Source of the DNA: a bacterium
GTDB lineage: Bacteria; Verrucomicrobiota; Verrucomicrobiia; Limisphaerales; UBA8199
Length of the DNA stretch: 64,000 nucleotides
NCBI GenBank assembly: GCA_021784555.1
Contig: JAJYHY010000001.1
Coordinates: forward strand, 14,167 to 78,166
Direction: 5' to 3'
In this document: one piece after another, positions 61,203-64,000 of the stretch
Layout of the letters: each line of letters opens with the position of its first letter
How positions within the stretch are numbered: the first letter of the stretch is position 1
Notes under the pieces: generated by a model
The model's database searches: none
What the model was told of the DNA's origin: nothing
The model's input: only the letters and a program-made list of their open reading frames with translations
Position numbers and translations under genes: made by a program

Positions 61203-63878
61203 CTAACGAGGCGGAGTGGCGCGAACCCGGAAGAACCGGCCGGGGGCCTGGCGCGGGCTGAACCACTCCGTTTCGGGGCAGCGTCCCGGCAGGTTGGTGA
61301 CCAAATTGAGGGAGGCGGGGTCGGTGCCGCTCCAAATCTCATAGTTCCACGATGGGCTGGCAGGCCAGCTTAGCCGATCAATCGTGCCGTTCCAGGGGGA
61401 AAGGTCGATTGCGAACGGGAAGTTGTTGGCCACGGTCGGGTCTGTGCCCATGAGCTGCTCGCGGGCGTTGGAATAGCCGTCGTGGTCGGGGTCGTCCTTT
61501 GGTCCTTGCCGGAGGTTGCCGAAATGGGCGAGTTCCCAGTTGTCGTCCAGGCCATCTCTATCGGTGTCGAGAATGGGAACGCCATAGATGGTGAGACTGA
61601 CGAAATGGACCGAACCGGTGGCGCCTGCGGATTCATCGCTGAAATAGACCGTCCAGTTGCCGGCGCTGCTCTCGAAGAAGTCGTGGGTGGTGTAGTAAAT
61701 CCAATCGACCGGGCCGGGGCTTACATCGCCGTTATAGCGCTGAAGGACGCTGCGGGTGCCGGCCGGAGAGACCAGGGTGATGCGGAGGTCGCCGCGCAGC
61801 GGGTGATCGGTTTTGACCCGAAGGCCGACTTGCTCGCAGAGCAGGGTGTTGGTGACGGTGAGAATGTAATTAGTGGCGGTCAGGTGGATTTGGGCGAGGG
61901 CGGCGCGATTTGTCGCGAACAATTGCTTTAAGGCCTCTCCATCCTGGTGAGCGACGAAAACGGCCGGAATCGGGACAAAATCGGTTGCGCCCATAGGGAT
62001 AAGCTGGCTGCCGCCCGGCGCGCCGATGCCGCTGGTGTTTGTCGCGTAGTTATAGACCACCGCAAAGGCCGCACCTGCCTGTGCCGCCAGGTCGATGGCA
62101 GAGGCGAAACTGGCGCCGCCGCGTTGAATGAGGGCGCCGTGGTGGGTAAGGTCGATTCCGGCCAGATTGGTGCCAAAGCCGAAATCGGCGAGAGAAAGCC
62201 ACGGTGTAGGCGTATCGGCGTGGGGGCCGACGCTGGGCAGGGTATGGATAGAGGCGAGGCTGGCCGGGACGCCGTCTCCTGCTATCAGCAATCGGAGGCC
62301 GTCATCGGGGATGGCGGCCACGTTAGTGGCGACAACGGTCACGTTCGTGAGCGGGGGACGATTCTTCCAGGTTCGCGCCAGGTTCACCGCCACGCCGGCA
62401 TCCGGCACGCCGAAGCCGACGTTATGGCTGACCAGAAAGCCTGCGCCATTGGTCGCCAGGTCCGGATCGGCAAAATCAAATTGGCGCGCCGACAAGATCA
62501 GGATCTGTTGCACGTCCCGGTAGGTGAGATTGGGGTTTGCCGAGAGGATAAGCGCCGCGACGCCCGAGATTTCTGCCGCGGCGGCCGAGGTGCCGCTGAA
62601 ACCCATGCTGTCGAAGACGTAACCGGAGAGGTCCTCGTTAGGCGGGAAAAAGTTGAGTTGGTTCACTCCACGGGCGCCGAGGAGGTCGGTGCTGATAAGG
62701 CCGTTGAAACCGGAGGCGGGATCGCCGCTGGGCGCTCCAACGAGGATGCAGGCGCCGGGTTCGCTCGAACTGGAGACCCGCCCGTCCTCGCGCACGGCCG
62801 CCACGGCTATCACCCGCGGGTCCGAAGGGTAATGGTCGTCGTCGGCATTGGCGCCCAGGGCGCGACCATTGCCGGCGGAACGGACCATGACAATGCCACG
62901 CCCGGACCGGCCGAAGTGAACGGCGTTCGAGATGCCAACCTGTTCCAGCAGACTCGGCCCCTGCTGCGCGTAACCGCTGTTGCCCCAACTGAGGTTCTCC
63001 ACGTCCACCACGTTCGACTGGTATTGGTAGGCGTCCATCAACTCTTCGTCCGTAGCCAGGTTGAAATTCGTATCGAACACGACAAAGCTGGAGAGGCTGG
63101 CTTCGGGCGCCACGCCCACCATCCGCGCGTTGTTCATCGAGGCGGCCGCCAACCCGGCCACTTCCGTGCCGTGGGCCGCGGAGGCGGTGCCTGAAATTGG
63201 TCCGGCATTGGTGTTGTTCCGCGTGAAATTGAACTGGGGCGCCCCGGCAACCCGCGCGCTCAGTTCGGGATGAGTCAGCTCAACACCGGTATCGACCACG
63301 GCAATGGTTACGCCCTTGCCCTTGGCGTACGGCCACGCCGCCCGGACGTCCAGGTCCACGCCGGCCGGGGAACCGTTGGGGTCTCGGTGTTCAAGTTCCC
63401 ATTGATTTCCGAAGAGGCTATCGGTCGGGTAAGGCGCATAAGACCCGTCGAGGCTTGCCCCCCTGCGGAACACCGGGTAGGCGGCCAGAACGTTTGGCAA
63501 TGCCGCCAACCGCTGGGCCTGGTCCGCGGCGGTGAATGCGTCCGGCGCCTGGAAAATGAAGATGTTCGGGCCCACGGCGCGCGAGAGCTTGAGAGAAGTG
63601 CCGGAAATGACGTGGCCAATATCGGCCGCGGCTGCCAACTGGACAACCACCCGGCTGCTCAGTTCGATGAAGTTCGTGGACCCATCGTCAGGCCAAACCT
63701 TGAGCCATTGGCTTGGGGCGGAGGCGGAACGAAGGCGCGGGGCGGACGTATTGACCCGGTACGTCATCATGCGCGGAAAACGGAACTGAAACCGAGCGGC
63801 AGCCGGTGCCGAAACGAGGTTTCGAGCGTGAGCCAATGCAGCCAGACATACAACCCAGGAGAGAACCAAGCGCTTCAT
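61203..63878 (-). CDS. Secreted S8 peptidase with proprotein-convertase P-domain and thrombospondin-type-3-like Ca-binding repeats
   Basis: VAVVDTGVE, HGTEVAGL and GTSAAAAEISG triad motifs. P-domain DHPLRGDLRITLVSPAGTRSVL. DTDRDGLDDNWE...DPDHDGYSN. Signal MKRLVLSWVVCLAALAHA. Ends ...GRFFRVRATPPR. Confidence 0.9.
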   Translation of the reverse strand: MKRLVLSWVVCLAALAHARNLVSAPAAARFQFRFPRMMTYRVNTSAPRLRSASAPSQWLKVWPDDGSTNFIELSSRVVVQLAAAADIGHVISGTSLKLSRAVGPNIFIFQAPDAFTAADQAQRLAALPNVLAAYPVFRRGASLDGSYAPYPTDSLFGNQWELEHRDPNGSPAGVDLDVRAAWPYAKGKGVTIAVVDTGVELTHPELSARVAGAPQFNFTRNNTNAGPISGTASAAHGTEVAGLAAASMNNARMVGVAPEASLSSFVVFDTNFNLATDEELMDAYQYQSNVVDVENLSWGNSGYAQQGPSLLEQVGISNAVHFGRSGRGIVMVRSAGNGRALGANADDDHYPSDPRVIAVAAVREDGRVSSSSEPGACILVGAPSGDPASGFNGLISTDLLGARGVNQLNFFPPNEDLSGYVFDSMGFSGTSAAAAEISGVAALILSANPNLTYRDVQQILILSARQFDFADPDLATNGAGFLVSHNVGFGVPDAGVAVNLARTWKNRPPLTNVTVVATNVAAIPDDGLRLLIAGDGVPASLASIHTLPSVGPHADTPTPWLSLADFGFGTNLAGIDLTHHGALIQRGGASFASAIDLAAQAGAAFAVVYNYATNTSGIGAPGGSQLIPMGATDFVPIPAVFVAHQDGEALKQLFATNRAALAQIHLTATNYILTVTNTLLCEQVGLRVKTDHPLRGDLRITLVSPAGTRSVLQRYNGDVSPGPVDWIYYTTHDFFESSAGNWTVYFSDESAGATGSVHFVSLTIYGVPILDTDRDGLDDNWELAHFGNLRQGPKDDPDHDGYSNAREQLMGTDPTVANNFPFAIDLSPWNGTIDRLSWPASPSWNYEIWSGTDPASLNLVTNLPGRCPETEWFSPRQAPGRFFRVRATPPR

Positions 63879-64000
63879 TCTGCTTTAACAGACGATGCCA
63901 GTGTATCAGGCAGGGAGCGGTTGGCAAGGCCCGCTAAATGGCTCTTCGGTCTGGCCAGTCTGACTGCTCAGACAAGTCAGACCGGTCGGATGGAGGACGC

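Overview
GC-rich chromosomal segment. Gene content looks like a Verrucomicrobiota/Planctomycetota-type genome: three prepilin-type DUF1559 'H-X9-DG' proteins, two very large secreted S8 proteases, several secreted glycoside hydrolases/esterases and many two-component genes. This taxon call is inference from gene content only. All family names come from reading the translations; no search was run. I support about 50 protein genes. Housekeeping genes include typA, nadK, tlyA, an HU-family gene and cutC. There are also two multi-gene signalling operons, a cytochrome bd-like/heme-c gene pair, a KS/KS-like/ACP trio, an ECF sigma/anti-sigma/RDD trio, a BlaI/BlaR1-like pair, a nucleotide-sugar operon and one intact vapBC. 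I saw no rRNA, tRNA or CRISPR. Most long ORFs antisense to these genes are GC-driven shadow ORFs. The items most worth a second look are these. (1) A sigma-54-type -24/-12 promoter with two tandem perfect 19-bp palindromes sits upstream of a translationally coupled DUF1559-DUF1559-beta-propeller operon, just downstream of the BlaI/BlaR1-like pair. (2) An Rpn/PD-(D/E)XK 'transposase-like' gene is bracketed by 41-bp direct repeats, one of which is the 3' end of the neighbouring esterase gene. (3) A 140-bp MITE-like insertion has 12-bp terminal inverted repeats, a 7-bp target duplication and a 40-bp perfect central palindrome; its empty site can be reconstructed from a paralogous repeat array. 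(4) Several short-repeat families occupy intergenic DNA: 8-nt-periodic GGAG/CTCC hairpins, 7-nt-periodic A/T-phased arrays, a 110-bp hairpin element and REP-like hairpins. (5) A ~55-aa C-terminal module ending in RFYR/FWR/FFR is shared by four secreted proteins. (6) There is an unusual density of decayed small genes: hicA, vapC, GxxExxY, lpxB tail, DUF4926, a four-helix-bundle gene and a Gfo/Idh/MocA oxidoreductase.
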